Positions 27,151-41,745 of a DNA stretch of 64,000 nt are shown in pieces. The first letter of the stretch is position 1. The number at the start of each line of letters is the position of its first letter. The stretch comes from Eledone cirrhosa (Eukaryota), in NCBI GenBank assembly GCA_964016885.1, contig OZ024742.1:233244001-233308000 (forward strand). Reading direction: 5' to 3'. Made by a program: the position numbers and the translations under genes. Below the pieces are notes generated by a model that saw nothing but the letters and a program-made list of their open reading frames with translations, did no database searches and was not told the DNA's origin.

Positions 27151-27618
27151 TTCTTGTAAGAGTTAGAAGAAAATTCATTGGTGGTTACATAATATACATA
27201 GAAAGGAGTGTGAAAAGCAGGAAGTGAAGCGAAATTAGTTCAGGGGCCGTGGTAAGATTATTGCATAAATAGATGTAGAAAACATGTAATTCTCATAAAT
27301 ATTAGTCAGGTTTGAAGTTCAAATAAAAATGTAGTAGCTGACATCATATTTTGCTGGTATTTATAAGCATTTGAAATTTCTATTTCATGTGGCAAAACTC
27401 AAAACTGTGAAGCGGTGTCGTTGAATTTGGAGGTGTTTTTCTTTAATGTAGCCAGTTGAATGTTTGCCTTTAGTTACAGTGTGTAAAATCATAATTATAT
27501 TATCTAGTGAATTAATGATCAAGGTATTGTTAGTGGTGTTGCTTTAGAAAGGTGTTTACAGAACTAGCACATTTATATTATGGATACCGTAAGTATAGTG
27601 GTGTTCAAAGGTGTATGA

Positions 27619-27672
<54 letters not shown>

Positions 27673-27874
27673 GTGAGGTTTTTTTTATAAAATGAAAAAT
27701 AACCGGTGTCCTACACGAGTGAAAGTATAAAGAAAAAGAGATGAAATCGAAAATGCAACTGGAGTCTTATTGTTTAAAAAAATATATATATTTATTTGGT
27801 TCCTTTACCGGTTTCGCAGTTCTTCTGCTTTTCAAAAGGTGAGTTGAGATGGGAGGGGGTCTGTGGTTTTTCTC

Positions 27875-27908
<34 letters not shown>

Positions 27909-27970
27909 ATATAGACTAACATACACATACACACATACATACATATATACGTGTATACATATATAATATT

Positions 27971-28141
27971 TTCTTCTTCTTCTTCTTCTTCTTCTTCTTC
28001 TTCTTCTTCTTCTTCTTCTTCTCCTTCTCCTCCTCCTCCTCCTCTCCTCCTCCTCCTCTCCACCTCCTCATCCACCTCCACCTCCTCCTCCATCTTCTTC
28101 TTCTGCTTCTTCTTCTTCTTCTTCTTCTTCTTCTTCTTCTT

Positions 28142-28172
<31 letters not shown>

Positions 28173-29173
28173 TTCTTCTGCTCTTCTTCTTCTTCTCTCC
28201 TCCTCCTCCTCCTCCTCCTCCTCTTCTTCTTCTTCTTCTTCTTCTTCTTCTCCTCCTCCTCCTCCTCCTCCTCCTCCTTCTTCTTCTTCTTCTCTTCTTC
28301 TTCTTCTTCTTCTTCTTCTTCTTCTTCTCCTCCTCCTCCTCCTCCTCCTCTCCACCTCCTCATCCACCTCCACCTCCTCCTCCATCTTCTTCTTCTGCTT
28401 CTTCTTCTTCTCTTCTTCTTCTTCTTCTTCTTCTTCTTCTTCTTCTTCTTCTTCTTCTTCTCTTCTTCTTCTTCTTCTTCTTCTTCTTCTTCTTCTTCTC
28501 CTTCTCCTCCTCCTCCTTCTCCTTCTCTTCCCTCCTCCTTCTCCCTCCTCCTCTTCTTCTTCTTCTTCTTCTTCTTCTTCTTCTTCTTCTCTTCTTCTTC
28601 TTCTTCTTCTTCTTCTTCTTCTTCTTCTTCTTCTTCTTCTTCTCCTCCTCCTCCTCCTCCTCCTCCTCCTCCCCTCCTCCCCTTCTTCTTCTTCTTCTTC
28701 TTCTTCTTCTTCTTCTTCTTCTTCTTCTTCTCCTTCTCCTCCTCCTCCTTCTCCTTCTCTTCCCTCCTCCTTCTCCCCTCCTCCTCTTCTTCTTCTTCTT
28801 CTTCTTCTTCTTCTTCTTCTTCTTCTTCTTCTTCTTCTTCTTCTTCTTCTTCTTCTTCTTCTTCTTCTCCTCCTCCTCCTCCTCCTCCTCCTCCTCCTCC
28901 TCCTCCTCCTCCCCTTCTTCTTCTTCTTCTTCTTCTTCTTCTTCTTCTTCTTCTTCTTCTTCTTCTTCTTCTTCTTCTTCTTCTTCTTCTTCTTCTTCTT
29001 CTTCTTCTTCTTCTTCTCCTCCTCCTCCTCCTCCTCCTCCTCTCCTCCTTCTTCTTCTTCTCTTCTTCTTCTTCTTCTCTCTTCTTCTTCTTCTTCTTCT
29101 TCTTCTTCTTCTTCTTCTTCTTCTTCTTCTTCTTCTTCTTCTTCTTCTTCTTCTTCTTCTTCTTCTTCTTCTT

Positions 29174-29202
<29 letters not shown>
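27971..29202. repeat. Compound (TTC)n/(TCC)n polypyrimidine tract of 1.2 kb
   Basis: Directly visible. ORFs 27767-28363 and 27951-29258 are artefacts of it. Confidence 0.97.
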
Positions 29203-29206
<4 letters not shown>

Positions 29207-30530
29207 CGGGGCCTACCCCAGCGATTCTAGCCACATGCCTATAGTATCGGAGCTGTGATCTCTCAAGTCGGAGAAGTAGCAGCTCTACCTGGAGTGTCTA
29301 TCTGATCTGCGAGCTACGCACTTTATCGAGTAGCGTTACTGCAAAGGACCTTCGGAGGAACCCCATTTCGGCCGCCTCTATTTACGATCGTATTCTTTCG
29401 GTCATTAACCAAGATTCATGACCATAGGTAAGGGTTGCCACGAAAAGCGAATTCAAGATGGCGAGTTTGGCCTTGATGCTTACCACCATTTTTCTCATTA
29501 CTGATTGCTTAAGTTGGTGCATTATTGCGCCAGCTTTTGCAATTCTTGTACTTAATTCAGTCTCCTTCCTTACATCACTCGTGAACATGGCCTTGAGACA
29601 CCTGAACTTCTCCATCTTCTTCAGTGGACCTCTATCCACATGTAGAGTGCACTGTGCAGGCTTCCTTGAATCTCTCAGTTTTTGCAGCACCGATTTTCAT
29701 TTCAGCCATGCATCACTCGGCATCAAACCTATCATGTGCAAGTCGAAGATCATCTCCTGTCGAGTTAACTAACACTATGTCCTCTGCAAATTCTAGCCGA
29801 CTGATCCTACACTTGCCAGTTATGACACCACTTCCAACCCGGCTGCGCATGTAAATCATGTTCATGTAAATAATGAACTGGAGAGGTTACAGTACGCACC
29901 CTTGGCGGAGTCCGACTCCCACAATGAATGGTTTCGATTTAGCACTATTTGTCCAAACTCAAATACCCGGGAATTCGTATAAAGATATCAGGGCAGCAAG
30001 AAGCTGACCATCGAGCCCATACTCCTGCAGAACCTTCCACAACAGCTGCTGAGGAACGCAGTTATATGCTTTCTCAAGATCGACAAGTCAACAATATGCT
30101 TCTTGGCAATACTCCCACGATTTCTTGAATACCTGCCGCAGTTTGAATATTTGGGGTCGGCTGTGCTGCGTCCCGGTTGAAACCCACACTGTTCATCAGT
30201 TAGCTTGGACTCGACAATTTACCTGCATCTCTTTGCCACACACCTAGCATAGACCTTACCTCTGTAATTGAAGCAATCTCTCTTGTCTCCCTTTTTCAAA
30301 ATTGGGATTATCACCCCCGATTGCCGATTGCATTCCAAAGATCCAGGCCACCCAGAACACACGAGTCAGCCAAAGAATACCTTCTCTATTTAAGGTTTTT
30401 GACATCTCGAGCTGGATTTCATCTTCCCTAGCGACCTTGCCACATTTGTGCTCTTTAACTGCTTCTGTGACCTCAGCCTCGGAGAGATTAGTCACCGCTC
30501 CCAGATGCACCTCGTGTACATACGAAGATG
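29203..30530 (-). mobile_element. RTE-clade LINE fragment (RT region), decayed
   Basis: DLEKAYNCVP..LLWKVLQEYG, GLRQGCVL, KAKLAILNSLFVATLTYGHESW, SQLRYYRHVAR. Confidence 0.85.
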
Positions 30531-30744
30531 CTGTTGTGGACTTTTTTGAAAATGTTATTTATTCGTTATAAATATTAAATGATAGTATTGTAGTTGTGGT
30601 TGGGACGCCTTTGTCACCTTCTGGTAAGCAATATTTTTAGAACCAGTCCGCCACTGTATATATATATAGTCGGGACTACGAGGAATAATTAGGTAAATTT
30701 TGTCTATTTTTTCTTCACACTTATAATATATATATATATATATT

Positions 30745-31256
<512 letters not shown>

Positions 31257-31282
31257 ATCTAAAATTATAATAATAATAATAA

Positions 31283-31447
31283 AATAATTGTTTCTACTTT
31301 AGGCACAAGGCCAGCAATTACCCAGTGCATTACTGGTACTTTATTTTATCGATGAAAGGCAAAGTCAACCTCGGCGGGATTTGAACTCAGATCGTAAAGG
31401 GACGTAACTATGCTGGAAAGCATGGCGTCCGACCCTCTACCGATATT
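31283..31447 (-). mobile_element. Major SINE
   Basis: Family core with a small internal deletion. Confidence 0.85.
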
Positions 31448-31766
31448 GTTTTTATCGTAGTTCGGAGTGTTACTAATGGTAGTCAGATGAACACACCAGC
31501 TGAAACTTCGAAGTCCCTGCCACTTTGTTTACTATTTTGACACTCTACCCACCGGTATTGAGTGCTCATTCAGTTAATGTATGATTATCTTAAATACTAC
31601 AGTATTTACAGTAATATTCATATATACATATATATACACGCACACACATACACGCACATACACGCACACACACGCGCGCGCACCCACCCACATACACACA
31701 TATATATATATATATATATATTTATGTATATATATATGTAAATATATATGTATATGTATATATATG

Positions 31767-31920
<154 letters not shown>

Positions 31921-32404
31921 TTTCAATAAAATTGCCTAGAAGCTAAGGAATATCAAGAGAATTTGAAGCAAAATATCCTTAAGCAAGAGACCGGCAAACT
32001 ATACAATAGAAGACATTGAATTATCTACAATGACTTGATTCCGCACGTGGTTATTACGGTTGCGGGCTTGTCAGTGACCGCTTCATGTCACCGAATGCTC
32101 TATGTCAACGCTGCTTTAGATCATAGCAATTATCTATTTACCCTATATTTTTCATTTCTACTTCCCCTCTCTACCATACTATGCACGTGGCTATTCGCCT
32201 GCATTACATGGTGCGGGTGTTAGCTTAAATTTAAGAGCAGTCAAAACCTTTTTATAGAACGCCGCATATAAATTATCATTCCAAGGGAATTGTTTGTCAG
32301 GAGCGCACCATAACAGAAGATTCATACGTTTATCTACACCAGAATCTATAACAGTATCTACTATCTCATGATATAACTCTAGAATTTATATTTAAAGATG
32401 AATA

Positions 32405-32620
32405 TAATGATTTCTAATATAGGCACAAGGCCAGTAATTTAGGGGGAAGGGGAAAGTCGAGTAAATCGACACCAGTGCATTACTGGTGCTTTATTTTATC
32501 GCCCGCGTAAGGATGAAAGGCAAAGTTAACCTCGGCGGGATTTGAACTCAGACCGTAATGGACCGTAACTCTATGCTGCAAAGCATGGTGTCCGACTCTA
32601 CCGATATTGCCAATCCACCA
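32405..32620 (-). mobile_element. Major SINE, full length
   Basis: Family core and head (attgccaatccacc). Confidence 0.88.
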
Positions 32621-33017
32621 GATGAATATAATGAGAAATATATCAAACACAATGTATCAAGCAATAAAAACAATGTAGACACTTTAAGGTTGTTTATCTC
32701 CAGCATATCCCTGATTGTGCAGACCAATGATCAAAAGCATTTCCCACCTTCGTTTCAGAAATAGTGCGCCTAAAACCACATATATACATTGTGTTATTAT
32801 CCCTTTTAAGATGAAAGGGTGCGAATTATACGACGATTTGTCTGTTATCTCTAGCAGGGCGAGCGACCGCATAAATTTCTCTCACTGGCGTGTACATTTT
32901 ACTAACTTAAGCTGTAATAGATGTTAGAATGTTACAGAAATTTGTATGATTAAATTTAGTTTCTAGTCTAATTTCGGAACACAGCATGAAACGGAATAAC
33001 ATATATATATATATATA

Positions 33018-33366
33018 CAGTGTGCCCCGACATTCGCGGTTCCAGTTATTCGCGGAATTTTCCTTAGAACCTAATAACTATTCGTGGAAACCACGCATAT
33101 TCGCGGAATAGTAAATATCTTCCGCGAATTTTTTAATATCTTTTTCCGTGGCAATATATATTTTAACGCTAAATTATTAATAACAATATACCGTATTTGC
33201 CGGCCTATTGGACGCACAAGATGGTCCCCCTTTTGTAAAAATTATATTTTACGTTATATTTTGATGTTTATAGGCATTTTTATGGATCATGTCCAATATG
33301 CGCGTTTTTTTTCACTCTTTGCAGGTGCTCTAAGGAACGTAATCCCCGCGAATACTGGGGGACAAG

Positions 33367-33370
<4 letters not shown>
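33018..33370. mobile_element. MITE (pogo/Tigger-like)
   Basis: ta|cagtgtgccccgacattcgcgg ... ccgcgaatactgggggacaaggg|ta. Homologous to 21358-21693. Confidence 0.7.
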
Positions 33371-33455
<85 letters not shown>

Positions 33456-33460
<5 letters not shown>

Positions 33461-33643
33461 AACGAGTAGGACCCCGCGGGCTGAGCTCAGGCCGTTTCGA
33501 CGGCTAATTCTGGAATTAGCCGTCGAAACGGCCTGAGCTCAGCCCGCGGGGTCCTACTCGTTCCTATTACCCACTCTACTACCCTAAGTATTGAGTACTT
33601 TGGTGCGTTATGGTCCACCTGGTTCCTTACCACATTTCCTTCG

Positions 33644-33647
<4 letters not shown>
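33456..33647 (+). mobile_element. Family F PLE-like element: 112-bp palindrome plus 80-nt tail
   Basis: 33456-33510 is the reverse complement of 33513-33567. The tail starts tacccactctactaccctaagtattgagtac. (TA)n flanks. Confidence 0.85.
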
Positions 33648-33688
<41 letters not shown>

Positions 33689-34141
33689 TAGGAATAGCAA
33701 TCTCCAAAAAAAGAGAAGGTCATAGCTAGATCGCTTATGATCATTGAACTTCTTGATCAGGGCGAACATCTAGATAAACAAAAACAATGGTACAGAATCT
33801 TACACAATTGTGTTGATTTTGAAATACACATTTTTTAAAACTAAATTAAAGTATACAGCAATTAAAATTGACTATTCATGAGAACGCACAACTATGCAAA
33901 ATATGGTCCTAGTTTGTGTTTAGTATAAATGACATTTGATTGTAGCTCTTTTTGTTTGGATGGTTATATAAGAATACTTTTCTGATGAACTAGCAATGTA
34001 CCGGAATACATGTGAAGGAAATCTCATCTATTTCTCTGTGCAAGAAGAAAATAATATTGTTTTTCATATCGAGGCTTATAAATTGTAGTTATACCTAGAT
34101 TAAATGTGTATGTGTTCCTGTGTCCATGTGTGTGGGGGTCC

Positions 34142-34186
<45 letters not shown>

Positions 34187-34190
<4 letters not shown>

Positions 34191-34592
34191 GAGGGTGAGT
34201 AATATTGTAGAGCAATAAAACTATGCATATATCAGATAAGTACCACTCAACAGTTGGTAGAACTACTGGAGTATATATAATAAAGAAGAAATTAAAAGAT
34301 GGTTAAAAGAGTTCCATATATTTTATTATGCGCATTTCGAATACAAAATCATCCTGGGACAAAAATTGTGTTCTCATCAGATAAAATAAGGTAACATGAT
34401 ATGAGACATAATAGCACTTGTTTACAGGAAAGTGCCGTAAACAAGTGCTATTATGCCTCATATCATGTTACCTTATTTTATCTGATGAGAACACAATTTT
34501 TGTCCCAGGATGATTTTGTATTCGAAATGCGCATAGTAAAATATATGGAACTCTTTTAACCATCTTTTAATTGCTTCTTTATTATATATATA
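34187..34592. mobile_element. Palindromic PLE-like element B (arms 34272-34425 / 34437-34590, tail 34187-34271) with a hammerhead in each arm
   Basis: attttat-CTGATGA-gaacacaa...ttgtattc-GAAA-tgcgca-TA-(a/g)taaaat at 34475-34542 (+) and 34320-34387 (-). Confidence 0.87.
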
Positions 34593-34595
34593 TAT

Positions 34596-35562
34596 ACTAG
34601 CAGCAGTACCCAGCGTTGCCTGGGTAGGTAAAATAATATCTGCTTTGATGAAAAGGTGTTGATCTTAGCGACTGCTTCTCGATGACTCATCTATGGCCAC
34701 ACACAGGCCATGCGAGGGAGGGTGGTGATGACCTCTATCACTGAGAAACGCGGGTGACTGACGAAGGGGCATGCTGGGGGAGTGAGGTAATGACCTCTAA
34801 CACTAAGCCAAATTTCCTCACGCTACTTGATTGGAAACCGATGAATTCTCAAATACACAACTAAAAGCTCAGACGACGTCAGTGGCCATCCTATAAGATG
34901 TGCAATGATAGGTTCTATCGTAGTATAAAAGTTGAACCAAATAAATTGATTTATGTGTGAGGTGGAGCCGACGTTTCGAATTTGAACGAAATCGGTTGAA
35001 AAATGTGGGAGCTAGAGCCGAAAAGGCGGAAAAAAGGTGGTATTTTCGAATATTTAAGCGCCTGCCACGCCGTTCCTGAAAAAAAAAATGTGAAGCCACT
35101 TTAAGACGTAAAATAATCAGATCTAGCGTAGTGTAAAATTTGAACAAAGTAGGTTGATTAATGTGGGAGCTAGAGCCGAAAAAGTGGAAATTTGAGTCTA
35201 AAAGTGGTATTTTTTAAATATTTAAGCGGCTGCCACGCCGTCCCTGAACAACAAATGCACAATATAAAGCCATTACAGGATGTGCAATGATAAATTCTAA
35301 TTTGCTTTAAAATTTTAACGAAATCGGTAGCAAAATGTGGGAGCTAGAGTAAAAAATCTTATTTTTCGATACCTATCGATTTTTATCTGCAGAATGATCC
35401 CGGAATAAAAAAACGATACGCTGATATATAGAAAACACTTCCCGATGACTAATCTATGAGCCTGTAAAGTTTCATGAAAATCGGTCGTAAGATGTAGGCC
35501 CCTGTATGTAATACACAGACACACGGACACACACACATACTTAATTTTATATATATACAGAT
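34596..35562 (+). mobile_element. Non-autonomous Helentron/DINE-like (Helitron group) element
   Basis: Starts actagcagcagtacccagcgttgcctgggta (subterminal palindrome). Internal imperfect repeats (aatgtgggagctagag x3). Ends with acagacac repeats then ttttatatatatacagat. Confidence 0.7.
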
Positions 35563-35564
35563 AT

Positions 35565-36040
35565 ATATTATTGTTAATGTTCGAAAATCTCAGATTACAT
35601 TTATTGTATTCAGCCATGTAGAGCGAACATTTTTTTTTATTTGAATATGGCAAAGCCCGCCATTGATCGCTCGTATACAGGAAACTGACTGGCGAGTCTG
35701 CTGATATGCAAATCTGGCTGATCAGTGGATCTGCTAATATGCAGATCTGACTGATTAGCCAGTCTGCTAATATGCAAATCAGGCCAGTCAGTCACTGTAC
35801 ATTTTAGAAAATATCATATATTTTCACTAGCTCTGACAGTTGGCAGGTTAACAGTGAGCTGTACTGATGAAGGGTGATACCCAGAAACATTAGTGTCTGC
35901 AGTTCTGTTTACATGCCAACACAAGAGCAAGAATGAGGGGCTCATTCTACTGACACGGCTTTAAAAATGAGGCTTGTTTGCATAATTGCAAACGAATCGA
36001 ATATTATTATTGATATTCGAAAAACTCAGATTACATTTAT
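35565..36040 (+). mobile_element. Non-coding element of about 475 bp with terminal direct repeats and an internal hammerhead
   Basis: ttcgaaaa(t/a)ctcagattacatttat at about 35580-35604 and 36016-36040. Internal tandem repeats of about 31 bp at 35685-35790. TA-rich flanks. Confidence 0.75.
35839..35920 (+). ncRNA. Predicted intact type I hammerhead ribozyme (GUC site)
   Basis: gagctgta-CTGATGA-a-gggt-gat-accc-a-GAAA-ca-ttag-tg-TC-tgcagttc. Stem I extends further (aacag/ctgtt, ttggca/tgccaa). Confidence 0.85.
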
Positions 36041-36075
36041 ATATATATATACATGGACGCCCCTACACATACATA

Positions 36076-36118
<43 letters not shown>

Positions 36119-36267
36119 GTCAATACTCATCTTTTACCATTTCTCCGAGGGTTCTTAACCCCACTATCAGGCTAAATAATTTCTTTAATATCTTTAGTCA
36201 AAATACGGCGATAGCTTACATTTCTAATAATTTATATATATATATATATATAAAAACAAATATTAAC

Positions 36268-36318
<51 letters not shown>

Positions 36319-36364
36319 ATGTTATGTATATATAACTTTGATAATTTTGATAGTATTGACACAG

Positions 36365-39300
36365 GCCATTTCTAACTTAATAACACCACCTGGCGAAGTC
36401 TTTCAAATTATGATTATGACCCCATGGCACACTCAAGTAGTGAGTTATTGTTTTCGGAGACGTATCCCGCTATAAGAGGTTTATCCGGAATTTCTTGGAG
36501 GAATTTATTCAAAGATTTCTTTAGCTTTTTGGGGATCTGTTTCTGTTTTGATCTGTTTTGGTGTAATGTTAAAGAGAGCGGGACTAATTGAGGCGAAATA
36601 ATTGTGCCGTAATGTTGTTATGAGATGCGAGTTTAATTTTTGTTGTGGGCGGATAGCAAAGGGCCCAAGCCTAAGATGTACTTTAAAGGTGATGCCAACA
36701 TCATTTGGGCAATGCTGATAGAATATTTTTCACATCATGCAGATAATATAGTACTCACGGCTGCGTTGGAAAGAGTAGGGTTTGAGCTTTTCTAGGCGAC
36801 CCCAATAGTCATTTCGTATATCATTTTTGTGATTGATCTTTGAGGTGCTTCAATTTTCATAATACGTTGTTTCGTGTAGGGAGGCCACAGTGCACAGTAT
36901 TCAAAGTGGGGTCGGGAAAAAGTAGAGAAGAGAAGGATAATGGTATGGCTATCACATGACTGGAAAGTTTTGAGAATCGAGGAACACACCCTGCGAGTCA
37001 TGTCAACTTTGTTGTTTCTATGAGTAGCCCAGCTTATGTTGTTATCAATAATTACTTCCAGGTCTCTGATGTTGTTGGATGCCACGAGGGTTTCAGTTGA
37101 GGGAAGTGAATCTAATAGTTTCAGTGCATCCTCTTTTCCAAAGTGGATTAGTTCGAATTTATCCTCGTTTAGTAGCATATTGGCTTTTTCCACCCATTGG
37201 ATAACAACAAGTAGATCTGATTGAAGACATGTCCGGTCACCCACTCCATTGATGACCCTCTGGAGCTTGAAACATTTGCAAAGATTCTTATGCTGCTGCG
37301 CTTGATGACATCGATAATACTGATATAAATAATGAATAGAAGTGGACCCAACACAGTGCCTTGTGGGATGCCACTACCGACTTTGCCTGGGCTTGATTGT
37401 ACTCCTTCGACTACAACATGTTGGCCTCTGTTTGTCAGGAAACACTTGATCCATTGCAGTAACTTTCCACAGACACCAATGTTGGAGAGTTTTTTCAGTA
37501 CGATGCTGGGATCAACCCTGTCAACGGCTTTGCTGAAATCAAGTTAGATGACATCAGTGTTGGAGCCCTCTCCCAAAGCTCTTAAAATGTCATCAAAGTG
37601 ATGCTGGAGCTGCGTTAGACAGTCCCTTCCATTACGGAACCTATGTTGGTTGGAATTCAGCAGATTGTTGCTTTCAAGAAAGTGAGTTATTCGTGATCTC
37701 ACCACTCTCTCAAATGCCTTAATGTTGACTGAGATCGGACGGTAATTCACTGCAATTTGAAAATTGGGCCAATAAACTGGGACAAAGTTTTCAGGTATAT
37801 AACCAGCATCTAGTGAGTTCCTCCACAGGTTAGCTAGAGGAGATGCAAGTTGGTGTCGACAGACCTTCAGGACACTAGCAGGGAACCTATCGGGGCTTAC
37901 TGTTGAGTTGTATTTAATTTTTTTTTTGCTGCTAAGACATCAGGGGCGCCAAACGTTATGTTCGATATAGTGTGTTGGGGATTAATATCACTGATATAGC
38001 CCAGGTCAGCCATATCAGGATTGCTGAAAACACAGCAGTATTTCTACTGCAGTATGTCACCCATCGTTTTCACATTGTCTTGGAGAGTGCTATTTTCATC
38101 AATCAGATGGTCGACAGAAGAGACAGTGACCTAGTGTTTTTTTCGCAAATGAAAAGAACACTGGGATTGGGTTTGATTTTCTCAATGGTCCATTCCTCCT
38201 CAGCTGTTCTTTAGTTATTGATGATGGTCTTCATGCATTGTTGGAGATTATACTTTTAGATTCGAGCTGTGCAATAGCAGTCGAATGTGTGTGTTGCTGT
38301 TGGCAGTGTTTTAGTTTGTGTGTTATTTTTAGTTTTTTTATAATAGTATTTTTTTCTGTTTTGAGAGATTCTGCACTTAGTTTTGTTCACAGATCCTGGT
38401 GTGTGTGTGTCTGTGTGGGTGTGGGGGTGTGTGTTTTGCACATATGTTTTGATGGTGGAGATGTGTACATGTGGGAAAGACAACTGAACAGGTGATATAT
38501 CGTTAGTTATTGTATCCCAGTTGGTGTTATGAAGATCCATGTTATCAAATGGGTGGGCTTGATAGAGGTCATTGGTTTAGCTTTCGGCTGGTGGAATCTC
38601 AGGTTACACAGTACCATGTCATGGTCTGAGTAATATTGTTTATAGTGTTAGTGTGTTTACTAAACACTAGGTCCAAATTGTTTTTCTGATACCTTGTTAG
38701 TGCAAGGACAACTTGTGACAGGAAAACCTAATCCATAAAGTCGAAAAGTGACTCTACTGCTGGTTTCTCAGCGGTTGGGGTGGAAGTGACTGGTTTCAAA
38801 TTGTTTGTAGACCAATCAATACAGGGTAGATTGGAGTCTCCCATCATTAGTATATTACCAGAATGCCACTGTTGTATAAAACACTTAATGCTGTTGAGGT
38901 ATTCTTTAAAGCATAATATGGGAGTATGGGGTGGCCAAAGGGCCCAAATACTATCAAACCATTAGCCTTGTCGATCGTGGTGAGTGATTCACAGTAGCCA
39001 TTGGAGAATATATTTCCGTCTGCCGTAAAGGAATCATGTAGGAAAATGGCAGTTCCTCCCTTCCTTCTTTCGACACGATCCGCGCGGATGGTTGTGAAAT
39101 TCCTCAACTTCTCTTCGGTTTCCAAGCGGGAGTTGTCAAGATGGGTCTCAGTTAAGATGAAGAAAGGGATGTAGTGTGGGTGGTTACCAACCCAATCCTC
39201 AATGAATTGGACCTTCCATTTTTGTGTATTAATGGAAGGGCTGACATCTTGTACAGGGAGTAGAAATGTTGAGGCTAGAATAGTGACCGGGTTTGATTGC
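36365..39300 (-). mobile_element. CR1-like LINE ORF2 (APE plus RT), decayed, about 2.9 kb
   Basis: LTETHL, RADRVERRKGGTAIF, GDSNLPCIDW, SDHDMV, NYRPIS, NQHRFRNGRDCLTQL, DFSKAVDRVD, GIPQGTVLGPLLFIIY, RPHFEYC. Confidence 0.88.
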
Positions 39301-39458
39301 TTTAGGGGTTTATTTTATGTTTGCTTGTTAGTGACAGCAATGGGGGCAGTGGGTGCAGGTTAATAGCAGAAGTTGGCGTTCTGTGATAGCTAGAAGTTTT
39401 TTTGTATCCCTTTTGCTAGGTTCATCACGCCTAAAAAGTATTTAATATATATATATTT

Positions 39459-39591
<133 letters not shown>

Positions 39592-39800
39592 AAATTTAGT
39601 ACAGCATAATCGAAGCTCTGGCTGCAGTGAAGCTAACGAATGCAATCGGGGTGTGCAGCTAAGCACTCAATAAGGTATATTACCTTAGAGTTATAACATT
39701 ACGTTTAGACAGTTTTGCAAATTGAAGACAGCGACCGATAGGCGAGCCGCAGTGACCAAAGCGACGAAAAAAACTGAACTCAGGAATATATATAAATATA

Positions 39801-40163
39801 TACTCTCAGGTCTTGAATAATTGTCCCCCTCCCCTCCGCTTATTAATTTTTAGATGTCCCCTCCTCCCCCGCTTTTATTCCAACCCAACCGCTTATTAAA
39901 CTTTGGTAATCTACCTCCGGCGGAATTTTATTGTAAGTGATTCATTTCAATAAAACAGCTGGAGAATCTAATAATGATTTTATCTTATATTAAAAAAAAC
40001 ATTATATATGACAAAACAATAACATTACAAGAAACCCCTTATTTACAATTACCGATTCCACAACCCGTTTATTCCAAACCCTTCGCTTGTCAGAATTTAA
40101 GGAAATGCCCTCCGCCACTCACCCATTTATTCCTCATAACTATTAGTTGGGGCCTGAAAATAT
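39801..40163. mobile_element. Putative MITE with TA-flanked TIRs
   Basis: tactctcaggtcttgaataat ... tattagttggggcctgaaaata, with internal ccccc..gcttatt repeats. Confidence 0.5.
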
Positions 40164-40229
40164 ATATATATAATTTTATTGAACCGTTTGAGACAACCAA
40201 TAATACACCTTACTTTATATATATATATT

Positions 40230-40480
40230 AATATTAATATTGTTATACTTGGGGAGGGTCATATTCTTGTAATATTGCCAGAAATAATAACAGAACATAC
40301 TCACTGTTTGGTTGGTTTTCGCTTCTGTATCTTTTGTATCTCCATATTTAATTTATTTGGCAATTAACGTTTATCATTGATTGACGAATGTTTAAAAATA
40401 CAGATATAAATATATATAGTCTATCAAAGTTCTTTCGTTGCACATCTGCAACATCATCAGTGGTACTATTAATATTAATA
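40230..40480 (-). mobile_element. PLE-like element with degenerate hammerhead, related to 54285-54500
   Basis: Minus strand CTGATGA-t-gttgca-gatg-tgcaac-GAAA at 40433-40460. Shared terminus atgaccctccc(c/a)aagtataacaatat. Confidence 0.6.
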
Positions 40481-40592
40481 AATATGTATATATATATTAT
40501 ATATATACATATTAATGTATAACAGCTCTGCGTGAACCCCATTGCATTGAGATTTTAACCATCCGGTAAAGCAGTTTAAATACTCCAGTTAA

Positions 40593-41745
<1,153 letters not shown>

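Noticed and set aside
27767-29258. Long ORFs (198 aa, 435 aa) of poly-E/K/R or poly-S/F/L/P
   Set aside because: Translations of the TTC/TCC tract with no non-repetitive coding content.
32030-32225. Regulatory element with two CACGTG E-boxes
   Set aside because: Hexamers alone are insufficient and no linked gene is visible.
33975-34055. CTGATGA...GAAG...TC hammerhead-like arrangement
   Set aside because: The core is GAAG and no stem I partner follows the putative cleavage site. At best a relic.
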